Assembly (NCBI GenBank): GCA_964016885.1
Contig: OZ024740.1
Location: 227,788,001-227,852,000, forward strand
Direction of reading: 5' to 3'
Length of the DNA: 64,000 bases
Source of the DNA: Eledone cirrhosa
Taxonomy: Eukaryota
Positions 13,418-25,859 of this stretch are shown here, in pieces (the stretch's first letter is position 1; each line of letters begins with the position of its first letter). The notes below the pieces were generated by a model. It was not told the DNA's origin, did not search any database, and was given only the letters and a program-made list of their open reading frames with translations. The position numbers were made by a program, and so were the translations under genes.

Positions 13418-13655
13418 CCCGCCCAACCAGCTTGCTCGGGATCTACCCTTGGGGGGTTTCCTGCCAATTGGTTTTGCCTGTAAAATCTGTCCAGTAATTC
13501 TTTCTTGAGACATTCTAACTACATGCCCATAGTATCGGAGTTGTGATCTCTCAATTCGGAGAAGTAACGACTCTACCTGAAGTGACTCTCTCATCTCCAA
13601 GCTACATACGTTATCGAGTAACATTACACCAAAAAACCCTTCAGAGGAACCACAC
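13418..13655 (-). mobile_element. Expander/Rex3-like RTE fragment nested in a SINE
   Basis: Encodes ESLQVESLLLRIERSQLRYYGHVVRMSQERITGQILQAKP. The SINE body stops at about 13417 and a SINE-type tail resumes at about 13725. Confidence 0.8.
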
Positions 13656-13896
13656 ACACTTGATTTAACAACAATTTGATGATGATGATGATGGTACACA
13701 CATATATATGTATTCTGTATACACAAGACACACTCACCTTATCTGACTTGTCCTATAATAGGATAACTCAACTAACCCCATGCTAGCATGGAAAATGAAA
13801 TTAAACAGTCATGATTATATATATATATATATATATATATATTTCGTTTCTGAATTTGTTTAGCAAGATTCTTTATCTGAAAACGTGTTGAAACTG

Positions 13897-14332
13897 ATAT
13901 TGTTATACTTTGGGAGGGTCATGTTGCCAATAAGAAACACACGCACCAGTTGCTTTCACTTCAATTTATTATAATAAATTTATAAATTTAGGAATTTATA
14001 AATTTCCGGTTGGTTGGTTGATTCCACAACAAGATGATTGTTCATATATTGTCAAAGTTCTTTCGTAACACATTCTGTGACCTCATCAGTGACTGGGGAT
14101 TCTTTTCTTTGTTTTTGTGCCTCTCCTTTGTTCTGTCCTACGCCATCTTGTTTTTGTGTGTGACGAAAGAACTTTGACAATATATGAACAATCATCTGGT
14201 TGTGGAACCAACCAACCAACGGGAAATTTATAAATTCTTAAATTTATAAATTTATTATAATAAATTGAAGTGAAAGCAACTGGTACGTGTGTTTCTTATT
14301 GGCAACATGACCCTCCCAAAGTATAACAATAT
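13897..14332. repeat. Long inverted repeat (about 176-bp arms, 84-bp spacer); probable Penelope-like LTR remnant
   Basis: 13897-14072 is the reverse complement of 14157-14332 with a few mismatches, and (TA)n lies nearby on both sides. Confidence 0.9.
14051..14093 (-). ncRNA. Minimal hammerhead ribozyme candidate
   Basis: Minus strand: GTCA-CTGATGA-G-GTCACA(GAATG)TGTTAC-GAAA-GAAC-TT^TGAC. Confidence 0.6.
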
Positions 14333-14388
14333 ATATATATATATATATAATCATGACGGGTGAACCTGCAGTAACTCCAAGTTACACT

Positions 14389-14478
<90 letters not shown>

Positions 14479-14492
14479 AGTGTAACTTGGAG

Positions 14493-14531
<39 letters not shown>

Positions 14532-14871
14532 GAAATTTCATTTCTCACTCTTAGTACGGCTGAAACTTGAGCATTATAATAAATGTTCGGTAAACCCATA
14601 CGTACATATATATATATATGTGCATGTATGTATGTATATACATACTACTGTACGTCTGTATACATATATGTATGTACGTATACCTACTTATATTTAAGTA
14701 TCAGCCGTACTAAGAGTGAGAAATGAAATTTCATTTTTTCCATTTATCGTTTTCGGTACGCCCGGCCGACTAACTCACTCGATATGCAAATTAGGCTGCT
14801 CAGCCGTTAATATGCATAACGAAAGTATATACATTCAATCGTTCAATCGACTGACAGGAAGGTATACGGTG

Positions 14872-14954
14872 CTGATGACATCTGAACTAAGCCACCAGAC
14901 TGGTGGCTTAGTTCAGATCTAGCTGTCGAAACAGCTGGAGCTCAGCTGTCGGGG
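14872..14954 (+). ncRNA. Hammerhead-like motif with long stem II and unpaired stem I
   Basis: CTGATGA, an 18-bp perfect hairpin, then GAAA-CAGCTG(GAGCT)CAGCTG-TC. The proximal stem I does not pair. Confidence 0.4.
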
Positions 14955-15346
14955 TCCTGACTCTTTTATACTACCCTAAGCATTGAGTACTCTGGTGCAT
15001 TATGGTCCACCTGGTATCTTACCAGACCCTCTGTTTTATATATATATATACATACATACACACACTCTCTCTCACACACACACATTTATGTAAGAGGCGA
15101 CTAAAAGGGTTAGTTCCAAGAAGGACGACACTGCCTCCTCAAAAAAACGACCCCATGATGAGTATGTAACCTGTTAAGGGGACCAACAAATCTAACTGAC
15201 CCATGCTTCAGCAGTGGGTGGATGACTTTAATATATCTGTTCTTTTGTATAAAAATAGTTGAACATTAACTGAATGAGTACTCAATACAAATGAGTAGAG
15301 CATAGGTTTACTTTTTTAACATTTGGAAGAATTTCTTTCTTTCATC

Positions 15347-15401
<55 letters not shown>

Positions 15402-15814
15402 ACACATACATACATACATACATACATACATACATAGAAATAGAAATGCTGGGTGTCAGAATGTAATGTACATGACTGGACAGTTAACATTTTCTAAATA
15501 AATAATTCTAGAAATAAACGAATAAATATATAAATAAAAATAAAATATAAAATAAACATAAGGAATAAATATAAAAACTTTTGAAAATAAAATAAATATT
15601 AAGTATAAATATAAAAAGATAATTAAAAATAAAATATATAAAGAGAGTTGAAAATGAAATTTTGCTCACGGTTGACAGTGACTAAAATAAAATAAACAGC
15701 TAAGATGTTTTCATTTGAACAGCTAAGACCAACCAGCAGTAACCACCATAATTAAACATTGACAATTACTAATAGAACTTAACTAATAAGGCATACAAAC
15801 ATTAGTCAAAATAA

Positions 15815-15821
15815 TAAACAC

Positions 15822-15890
<69 letters not shown>

Positions 15891-16007
15891 TATATACGCA
15901 CACATATATATACACAGACACTCATATACACACACACACATATATATACACAGACACTCATATATACACACACACATATATATATACAGACACCCATATA
16001 TATATAT

Positions 16008-16040
<33 letters not shown>

Positions 16041-16182
16041 CACACACGCATATATATATATACACACACACACATATATATATATATACACACACACACA
16101 TATATATATATATACACACACACATATATATATATATACACACACATAGACACCCATATATATATATATATATATATGTGTG

Positions 16183-16246
<64 letters not shown>

Positions 16247-16383
16247 TATATATATACACACACACACACATATAGGCATAGTTATTTACTGTCATACAGA
16301 TATACAATCACTCTCATACACACAGACATGCACATGCACACATATTCAGACATACACACTCACACACAGGTACAAATACACAT

Positions 16384-16418
<35 letters not shown>

Positions 16419-16547
16419 CATAAACATTCACACATATAAATACACATCCACACACACACACACAGGCATAAACATTCACACATATAAATACACATCCACA
16501 CACACACACACACACAGGCATAAACATTCACACATATAAATACACAT

Positions 16548-16582
<35 letters not shown>

Positions 16583-16870
16583 CATAAACATTCACACATA
16601 TAAATACACATCCACACACACACATTTACTCACAGACAGAGAGGTACACAGTGTGCCAAGTTACCAAAACTATAGCACTCTTTGTTTCTACTTCTCCTCT
16701 TCCCCTACCCACTCTCACCACCTTTACCTCTACCCACACCTCCTCGCACCTCCTGACACCTCTACCCACACTCTCCACACCTCCTCCCACCTCTACCCAC
16801 ACCTCCTCGCACCTCTACCCACACCTCCTCGCACCTCTACCCGCACCTCCTCCCACCTCTACCCACTAAT
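15815..16870. repeat. (TA)n/(CA)n compound microsatellite plus CACAGGCATAAACATTCAC and CACCTCCT..CACCTCTACC minisatellites
   Basis: Visible periodicity. Confidence 0.9.
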
Positions 16871-16949
16871 ACTATCTGACTCCCTATGTAATCTCCCATC
16901 TGTTTTGTACATTCTGTGTGTGCCATTCTATGTGAGTTCTTGAGTATGA

Positions 16950-17011
<62 letters not shown>

Positions 17012-17839
17012 ATATTTCATGTGTATGGGTGTTTATATATGAGTGCAAGTATTTAATTGTGGATGTATGTGTATAAATGCATTAGCGTGAGTGGTTGTAT
17101 GTAAATACATGTATGTGTATGAGTGCATATGTGTATGCGAGAGTGTGTATGAATTCATAAGTGTGAGTGCATATGTGTATAAATTCATGTGTGTATGTAT
17201 GTGTGTGAGAGAATGTATATAAATGTGTGCGTATGTCAGTGCCTATGTATATGAGGGAGTGCGTATGAATTCATGTGTGTGTATGAATGTATGTGAGAGA
17301 GACAGAATGCGTATAAATTCCATGTGTGTGCATGTGTGTGTGAGAGTACATATGTGTATGAGGGAGTGCGTATAAAATCCTGTGTGTATAAGAGCATGTC
17401 TGAGTATATTTTGTTTCATTTCATTTTTATTTTTTATTTTCCTTTTGCTGACATGAGTGTGGTGATTGTGCAAATTTAAAACATCTGACATCTGTTTCTG
17501 GAAGATCTGTTATCACAGCTGTGTGCCATTCCTAACGATTGCTTTTCATCCATGAAAGTGAGAGTATCAACTATTTCTATCAAGTATTTTTCCAATAAGG
17601 TTGGGTCGACAGAACCTAAGATAACTCTAGCAAGAATTTAGCTGTGCATCACAACCAACATATTGGTTCTGATTATATTAGAGCAACTTCAAAATTGGTT
17701 AAACATATAGAAAAAGAAAACAGTATTGGAAAGGAGTATAAATGCCATGAATGAGAGGAAAAGGAGGGAAGAGCAAGGACTATTAGGCAACTGAAGAATG
17801 AAAGACGGAAGGGGAGAGGGTGACAGACTCTGCAACTAA

Positions 17840-18205
17840 GTCAGAACAGTGTTTCGGCTGTGCCCTGTGGGTAGAGGCATTTCCGCAGACAATGGCCAGT
17901 GACACCTGCTACAACATCCACCCCACTTCATGGGGTTCCTTCCTCAGATGGGCTGCTATTGATTCAATTGTACAAAGGAGGTCAGCTGTCCGGGATCTGA
18001 GGATGCCTGAGGTCTCGATGGTGACCAGTGCAAAGAGGAAGCAGCCAGAGAAGCTCTGTTATTTACTTGTCTTCCTGTCCTCTGCATTGTGAGCAGCGAT
18101 ACCGGGGTTTATGGCCGAGGTGACTAAGTTGGAGGCAGAGAATGTGTCACAGCATGCCACATCCCAGATAAGGGATTTACCTCTTTTGAAAGGAAAGATG
18201 GTAAC
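17840..18205 (-). mobile_element. CRE-clade non-LTR retrotransposon fragment (restriction-like endonuclease C-terminus)
   Basis: Manual translation: VTIFPFKRGKSLIWDVACCDTFSASNL...GIAAHNAEDRKTSK*...FALVTIETSGI...QVSLAIVCGNA. This matches the CRE pattern PWxxGKxLxWD...AExxKxxKY...ETxG...SxAIxRGNA. Confidence 0.8.
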
Positions 18206-18496
18206 TATGTGCCTCTGTCACAAGCAGAACAAGTAAAAATTAAAAAAAATATGTTAACCTTATTACTTAATACCAAACGGCTTGAAACTAGCCTTGTTTT
18301 TTATTATACACAGCTGTTTATTTTTAACCCTTTTAATATGAAACTGCCTGAAACAACCCTTGGTTTTATTATATAAAGCTATTTATTTTTAACCCTTTTG
18401 ATACCAAACTATTTGAAACCACCCTGGATTTATAATACAAAACTGCTCATTTTAAAATGTTTATCCTTATTGTAAAACATCCCAACATAAATTTTA

Positions 18497-18890
18497 GAAA
18501 TTCTGTATTCATGCCGATCCTTACCTATGGTCATGAATCTTGGGTAATGACCGAAAGAATACAATTGAGAATACAAGCGGCTGAAATGGGGTTCTTCCAA
18601 AGGGGCTTGGAGTACTGTTACTGAATAAAGTGTGTAGCTTGAAGATCAGATAGTCACTTCAGGTAGAGCCGCTACTTCTCTGAATTGAAAGATCACAGCT
18701 CCGATACTATGAGCATGTGGTTAGAATGTCTCAGGAAAGAATAGCCGGACAGATTTTACAAGCAAAACCAACTGGAAAGAGACCCAGGGGTAGATACCAA
18801 GCAAGATGGTTGGATAACATCCATGAACCTGGCTGGTTTTGCTTGATGATCCAGCTGCATCAGGTGGAAACAGGTGCTTCTAACAGGACA
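18497..18890 (+). mobile_element. Expander/Rex3-like RTE 3' fragment
   Basis: Encodes PILTYGHESWVMTERIQLRIQAAEMGF and VVRMSQERIAGQILQAKPTGKRPRGR...WLDNIHE. Confidence 0.85.
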
Positions 18891-18984
18891 TATTTGATAC
18901 AGAACTGTTTCTGGCACGGCTGGATGCCCTTCCTAACACCAAAAGTAATAGTGGAATACTCCATTATATACACATACACATATG

Positions 18985-19030
<46 letters not shown>

Positions 19031-19831
19031 CATGTGCTTTTTTATATATGAATAAATTCGCCCACTCTAAAAGAAATCTGTTTAATTAAATGTTGTATTA
19101 ATATTATGGTGGTGAGGATTATGCATAAAATATAGTTCTGGGTTTTGTGATTTAAAAAAAAATTATATAAGGCTCCTTGTATGTCAAAATAAGTTTGGGA
19201 ATCCCTTACACGAATAAAAAAACATAAATAAATAAATAACCAATCACAAAACCAGCTTTATTTAGTCACATCAAGGCTTCCGCATTGGTTTGTTCTATTT
19301 AGTAATACCATATAAAAGAGAGTCTGGTTCTCGTTCTTGACAGCTAAGTAAACAGAAACAATAGAGAATAATGAGTCCTGACTAGAAATCTAAGATTCTT
19401 AGAATGGATATGAACTTTTCACCCATGAACAGATAGTGCAAAATTCTAGAAAAGCAAAAAGTCAAAAAAGATCAAGGAAGTTTGGAATGTTAGTACAAAT
19501 GTTAGTTGTGGTTATGGTTAAGTAGGAATACTGGAACTTAAGAATTGAAAATAACCCAGACAACTTGCCTGGTTGGGACACATCACATGACTTCCAAGTG
19601 AGAGACAAGCTAATCAGGTCCTATATTGGTACCTTCATGGAAAGAGACAAAGAGGATGTCCCAAAATGATCTGGTAGCAGACAATCAACAGAGATCTGAA
19701 GCCTATCAACACCAATCACCAATAACGATGACTTCAGAGACAATTCAATTTATTACTAAAATCCCTCCAAATTCTTGATTGATTTGAAAATTATAAGCAG
19801 TCTTTCATTAGTAATATGGTAACAAAAGAGT

Positions 19832-20075
19832 TACTGTATATATTGAATATAAGCCAAGGAATATGTGACCAAACATAATCAAAGGTAAAATGGAAGGTTG
19901 CCTCATATACAATATCTAAACAATGTGTTGATTAGCTGCCTTGGTTTATAAACAAGGTTTGGATTTTCACCTATTTGTCAGACATATAATAGGTGTGGTG
20001 GGGGTGTGTCCCAGCTTATATTTGGATTGGCTTATATTTAAGTATATATACTGTAAATAAATATATATGCCAGGC
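19832..20075. mobile_element. Tc1/mariner (Tc2/pogo-like) MITE
   Basis: TACTGTATATATTGAATATAAGCC...GGCTTATATTTAAGTATATATACTGTA. Copies or ends also lie at 31.2, 35.2, 47.9-48.1 and 62.5 kb. Confidence 0.7.
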
Positions 20076-21654
20076 TGATATTTTTGACATACTGCAATAT
20101 TAGCCCCAAACATGGTACTGTGTTACTATGTAAAGGAAACACTGAAGAAGGTACTTTTAGGTGATTATTAGACCTGCTAGAAATAGCAGTCAAATCTCCC
20201 TCAAACCAAACCTTACCATCTTAAAGAATAGGGCACTGGATAAGGTGATCCTGATTTCTCTGCAAAAGGAAAAAGATGGGATAATCAAGGTTGGAATGCC
20301 TTTGATCTTATATCTGTTCAATCAAGGTTGACCTGGGGCTAAACAACAACTTTTTTTTAAAAAAGGAGTAGAATTGGGAAAGATGTCCTCAATTCAAGAG
20401 AAAACAGTGAAACAACTGCCAGAGGTTGGGACAGTTCAAAGATTGGTAGTTGAAACAGTGGTTTAGTTGTTCTGTGACATTTATTTTTACCATTTAGTCA
20501 GAAATGGAAGACCAGTGCCTATAGCGATTTTTAGGGCCTCTAAGACAGGTGAGAGGGAATGAAGAAGAAAGGTATTGGAACAGGTAAAACTAGCTGTCAA
20601 GATAAGCCCATCCTGAGAGGATCAACCACGAATAAGACTGAGTCAAAAGTCATTCACTGTAGACAAAAGGCATATTACCTAGCATATCCATAAATGGGGT
20701 GAGGTCGCAGTCATGTGACTGTGTTTTATCAGACATACAGGTGTTTTAAGATGTGTCTGGGATGTTCCAGTATGTAATGAGAATAAATATGAGGGAGGAT
20801 GGTACTCATGTAGGTATGTAATAAATATGACAATTGAATGAGGAGGAGTTACTTGTTCAATCCTGAGCAAAATAAATGTCCAGAAAATGTTTTAAATTCA
20901 GCACATCACAGGTATCCTGAAACTGGAAGTGTGGCCTGAAATCTTTCAAAAGATTAGACTCCATGAAATTATGTAAGGGCCAGGTGATGGGGCTAAACTG
21001 AATAGATTAAGTCTACCACACAAATAAGCCACAGCAGGATTTGAGCTTAGAATGCATAGAGCTGGAAGAAAACCATCAAGCATCTCCAATACTTTAACAA
21101 TTCCACAAATCCACCTCCCGTGATTGATACTTTATTTCATCAATCTCAAAAGGACAAAAAGCAAAGTTGACCTCAGTAGGATTAGAACTCAAAGCACAGA
21201 AAGTAAATACAGCAAGGCATTTTGTCCTATGCTCTAATGACTCTACCAACTCATCTCTTTTAGCTGCATTAAAGTTGATTGATATGATCTTTCATGGCCA
21301 AAACTATTTCAGTCCATATATAGTAGTTATGTTGGTGACATGACAAAAAGCATCGTCCAATGCTGTAAATGTGGTTGGGGTTAGAAAGGACATCTAGCTG
21401 TAGATACCAAGCCAGTAACAGTTCTGTATGACATAGGTCACCTAATCTGACTTGTCTCACAATGTGACAACTCGTCTAACCATGGTAGTGTGGAAAATAG
21501 ACATTAAACAGTGATGATGATGATATTGATTCATTATCTACTACAGATAGATAAAACAAATTAAATATTATTGATTCAGTCATTCATACATTGTTCTGAA
21601 TACTTTGACCATATGATGTTGAGTATGATACATCTCAAACTTTGTCTTTCAGGA

Positions 21655-22060
21655 TGCCCTGTAAATCAATATCACTACATCACACTGCTTGCACAAATTC
21701 CCTTGACTCTCTGCCGCCATCTAATTCTATTGTTCACCATATACAGTAGGTCAGAGAGACTGCAGTTACTTCATTGGCCCACACCATCTATTCCAGACAA
21801 CATACTTCATTTGTCCACACCACTGCAATCAAATCAATAGGTCACACTGCTTGCATGGATTCCATTGACTCTCTCTCAGCATCCAATTCTATTGTTCATC
21901 ATATTCAGCCGGTCAGAGAGATTGTTGTTTATGTCATCACAAATCTACTAGGTCACACTACTTATATGGAATACCTTGCCTCTCTGACACCATCCAATTC
22001 TATTGTTCATCATATTCAACAGCTTAGAGGGATTGCAGTTTATGTCATCACAAATCTGCT
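21655..22060. repeat. Diverged tandem of about 110-160-bp units, probably the amplified 3' end of the adjacent LINE
   Basis: Three copies of TCACACTGCTTGCA..GATTCC.TTGACTCTCT...CATCCAATTCTATTGTTCATCATAT. Confidence 0.7.
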
Positions 22061-22400
22061 TAATATAGGTCTTGGCTTGTCATCCTCTGCTAGCTCTTCC
22101 TTGTGTACACTCCAACAAAAGAACTTCATGAACAATTTCATCTTTAGCTCTCCAGCAATGCCCTGTAAATCTGACTCTATGCTCTTTGATGATGTCTGAT
22201 ACTGGATGAAGGTTTCCATACAGTAACTTATTGGTCAGACAATATCTCCAAGTGACATACAAAGTCAACAGCATATTTTTCTCCAGGACAAAAGAATCAA
22301 TGCAGCAAGTCTAACTCAGTGTAACTGCCTGTTCTTGGAAAACCCTTCTTCCTTATTGCTTTTCTCTATAAAAACAGATGCTTTACACTATTGGTCTCAC
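22060..22400 (-). mobile_element. Degenerate RTE-type LINE C-terminal fragment (third family)
   Basis: Encodes LYGNLHPVSDIIKEHRVRFTGHCWRAKDEIVHEVLL...GRASRG. Confidence 0.75.
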
Positions 22401-25039
22401 AATTCCATACAAAATAGTCTAATGTGTTTTTTTTTGTTTTTAAATCAACAATTTTTCGGTAACAGCAATTGTCTTTTAGTAAGTGAAACTGAAGTATGTA
22501 TTTACAGTTTAATATAATAATTGTTTCTACTTTTGGCACAAGGCCAGCAATTATCCCAGTGTATTACTGGTACTTTATTTTATCGACCCTGTAAGGATGA
22601 AAGGCAAAGTTAACCTCAGCGGGATTTGAACTCAGACTGCAAAGGGCCGTAACTCTATGCTGCAAAGCATGGCGTCCGACAATTCAGTCGTAAACCTGTA
22701 ATGTTTTATGTCTTTTTATGAAGTTTCCAACAGAGTAAATTCTCAAGAAAGTATGTTTTCAGCTCTCGACAAAGTATGCACTTGACAAACTATGTTCTCA
22801 TCAAAATACTCTAGAAGTTCAAGTAAGTCCTTGATAAGAATATATGATGAGTTGGCAGAGTTGTTATATTATCATCATCATCATCATCATCCATTTAATG
22901 TTTGTTTTCCCTGCTCATCATCATCATCATCATCCATTTAATGTCTGTTTTCCCTGCTCATCATCATCATCATCATCACCACCACCATCATCAGTATCAC
23001 CATCATCATCTAATGTGTTTTCCCTGTTAGCATGGGTTGGATGAGTTGTCACAGAACAAATCAGTACTCAGGAGGAGCCACTGACATTTCAGATAGGCAA
23101 GGAGCTGTTTTTCACTTACATACATTCCTTTCATGTCATTATAGAGCACACAGGGTGCAATCTATTGTAGCACTAACACTAGGGAGGTTGTCATGTCATC
23201 AGATAATGTTTTGCAATATTTGTTTCAGATGTTTGCCTTCTGAGTTCAAATCCTGCAGACGTCAGCTTTGCCTTTCATCCTTTATCAAACTCATAACATT
23301 ACAATCACAAGCCCAACACCCTAAACATTAGGCTGTGCACCTTCACTTTGTATTGTATGGTTCAACATCAATTTGATCCAGTCGGTCATTTGATCAAAGG
23401 CATTCCAGCCACATTATCGTTTTTTTTTTTAAGAAGGGTGAAATGGGTAATTTGAAGAACATTTGGCTGCTATTTTCTGTAGTAGGTTGGGTGACCAGGT
23501 TGGTTAGTTAAAATACTAGTAATACATTATATAGTGTTGGTGCCATGATAAAATGCAACCAGTACTCCGTGTAAAGCACTTGTGCCACAATAAAATGCAC
23601 CCAATCCACTTTGTAAGGTGGTAGTGCTGGTGTTATGAGAAACACACCTGTGCTGCTGTCACAAAAATGTACTCAGCACACAGGTGGCTGGCATTAGAAA
23701 GGGTACAGAGACCATACCAAATATGGACCGTAACAAGTACAACTGGTCGCTCTAACCCGTTTGGTAATGGACTGTGACAACCAGTCCAACCCATGTTAGC
23801 ATGGAAAAGGAATTGTAAAATTATGATGAAGATGCTATGTTCAATTACTCTGGTAACGCTGTGTTAAATTTCACAAAAAGTAACCGTCGTAAAAGAAATC
23901 TAATAGATTTCTTACAAGGCCTCCTATTTAAAAGGAAAACTATATTATGAAGAAGAATATTGGAACATCAGATAGAATGTTTTATGGTATGTGTTACGGT
24001 TCTCTGCTCTCTGAGTTCAAATTCCGCCATCGTCAACTTTGCCTTTCTTCCTTTCAGGGTCGATAAAATGAATACCAGTCTAGTACAGGGGTCGATTATT
24101 CCTCTATATCTTTCTCTGGAAGAAATCTACTGTACTCAGGCCTAGTACCCTCCACCTCCAACTAACTTACTGTCCACCTCAGGGTCCCAGCCAACAGGAT
24201 GGAAAATACATTGCTCCAGAAGATGGCAAGGAAGATGTGCTGAAACAACCACTCTACCACCTTTGCAGGGCTTACATCCGCGGGCAGCCAACTTCACTCC
24301 GATAGCAGTGAATAGGGATGTGATCCAGGGGGCCAAGAATACCAGAAGTCTCCACTGCTACAGATTCTACCACACATCTATCAGCAGAGCCTGGGATGGT
24401 AGCCAAACGTACCAGGTTGCCACTAGAGAAGGTGTCACAATCTGGCAACACTGTGTTGAATTTTACAAACAGTTACCCTTGTAATAAAAATCTAATAGAT
24501 TTCTTACAAGACTAGTCGCTTTAACAAGTCTGGTTAGCGGCCGTGACAACTGGTCCAACCCATGCTAGCATATAAAAAAGGGGTTGTAAAATTAGAATGA
24601 AGATACTATGTTCAATTAATCTGGCAACACTGTGTTAAATTTTATAAAAAGAATAACCCTTGTAAGAAATCTATTTATAGGGAAAAACTAAACAGATTTT
24701 AAAGATATTCAAGCCATTTTCAAGAGCATTAGTGATGTAAGGTGAAGTGAAATGGCTACAAATCAGATATCAAAATCAAAAAGTAGATTGGGTTCAACAG
24801 AAGCAATAAATTATTTATTTTGGTTTTCTTTCTTTGTTGGTTTTTTTCTCTTTATGCTTTAAAAAAAAATGTCTTCTCTTTGCATTTTTATAGTACAGTA
24901 GTCCCTTTAAGAAAATATATGTTTATATACATCACAACCTGCACTGCCCCCTCTACCTCCAAAGTGTCTGTTGCCTGTTCAAATTTCATGAATTTTTTTT
25001 TTAAAGAAGGGAAAATAAAGCAAAGTAATCAGTATGTGT

Positions 25040-25613
25040 ATCCACACACACATATATATACATACATACATACATACTCATAAATATACATATAAATACA
25101 CATATATACATGCATATAAATTATACATATATACATACATATATACATACATATAAATATACATATATACATACATATAAATATACATATATACATACAT
25201 ATAAATATATATATATATACATACATATATATAAATATATATATATATACATACATATATATAAATATACATACATACGTACATATATATAAATATACAT
25301 ACATACGTACATATATATAAATATACATACATACGTACATATATATAAATATACATACATACGTACATATATATAAATATACATACATACATATAAATAT
25401 ACATATATATATACATATATACATATAAATATACATATATATATACATATATACATATAAATATACATATATACATATAAATATACATATATACATACAT
25501 ACATATACATATATACATACATACATATACATATATACATACATACATATACATATATACATACATACATACATATATACATACATACATACATATATAC
25601 ATACATACATACA

Positions 25614-25674
<61 letters not shown>

Positions 25675-25686
25675 ATACACACACAC

Positions 25687-25717
<31 letters not shown>

Positions 25718-25725
25718 TGTATATG
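25040..25725. repeat. (TACA/TA)n compound microsatellite
   Basis: Visible periodicity; similar tracts at 27.4-27.7, 37.4-39.6 and 47.1-47.4 kb. Confidence 0.92.
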
Positions 25726-25859
25726 CAGAGTCAGCAGTGCTAAGACCGAGAAAACCACTAATCATGGGAGTACTCGATGCATGGGGAGATGGAGAGTGGG
25801 TATATACATATGTATATATGCATATATATATACATATGTATAAATATTGTATAATAGTA

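Noticed and set aside
15783-16591. Long Y/I/C/V- and H/T-rich ORFs (also at 25.0-25.9, 27.3-27.9, 37.3-39.8, 46.9-47.4 and 58.7-60.5 kb)
   Set aside because: They are translations of (TA)n, (CA)n and (TACA)n microsatellites, which lack stop codons.
20380-20940. Possible ancient CR1/L2-like coding relic on the minus strand (also 17460-17650)
   Set aside because: Too degenerate to assign by eye; a profile search is needed.
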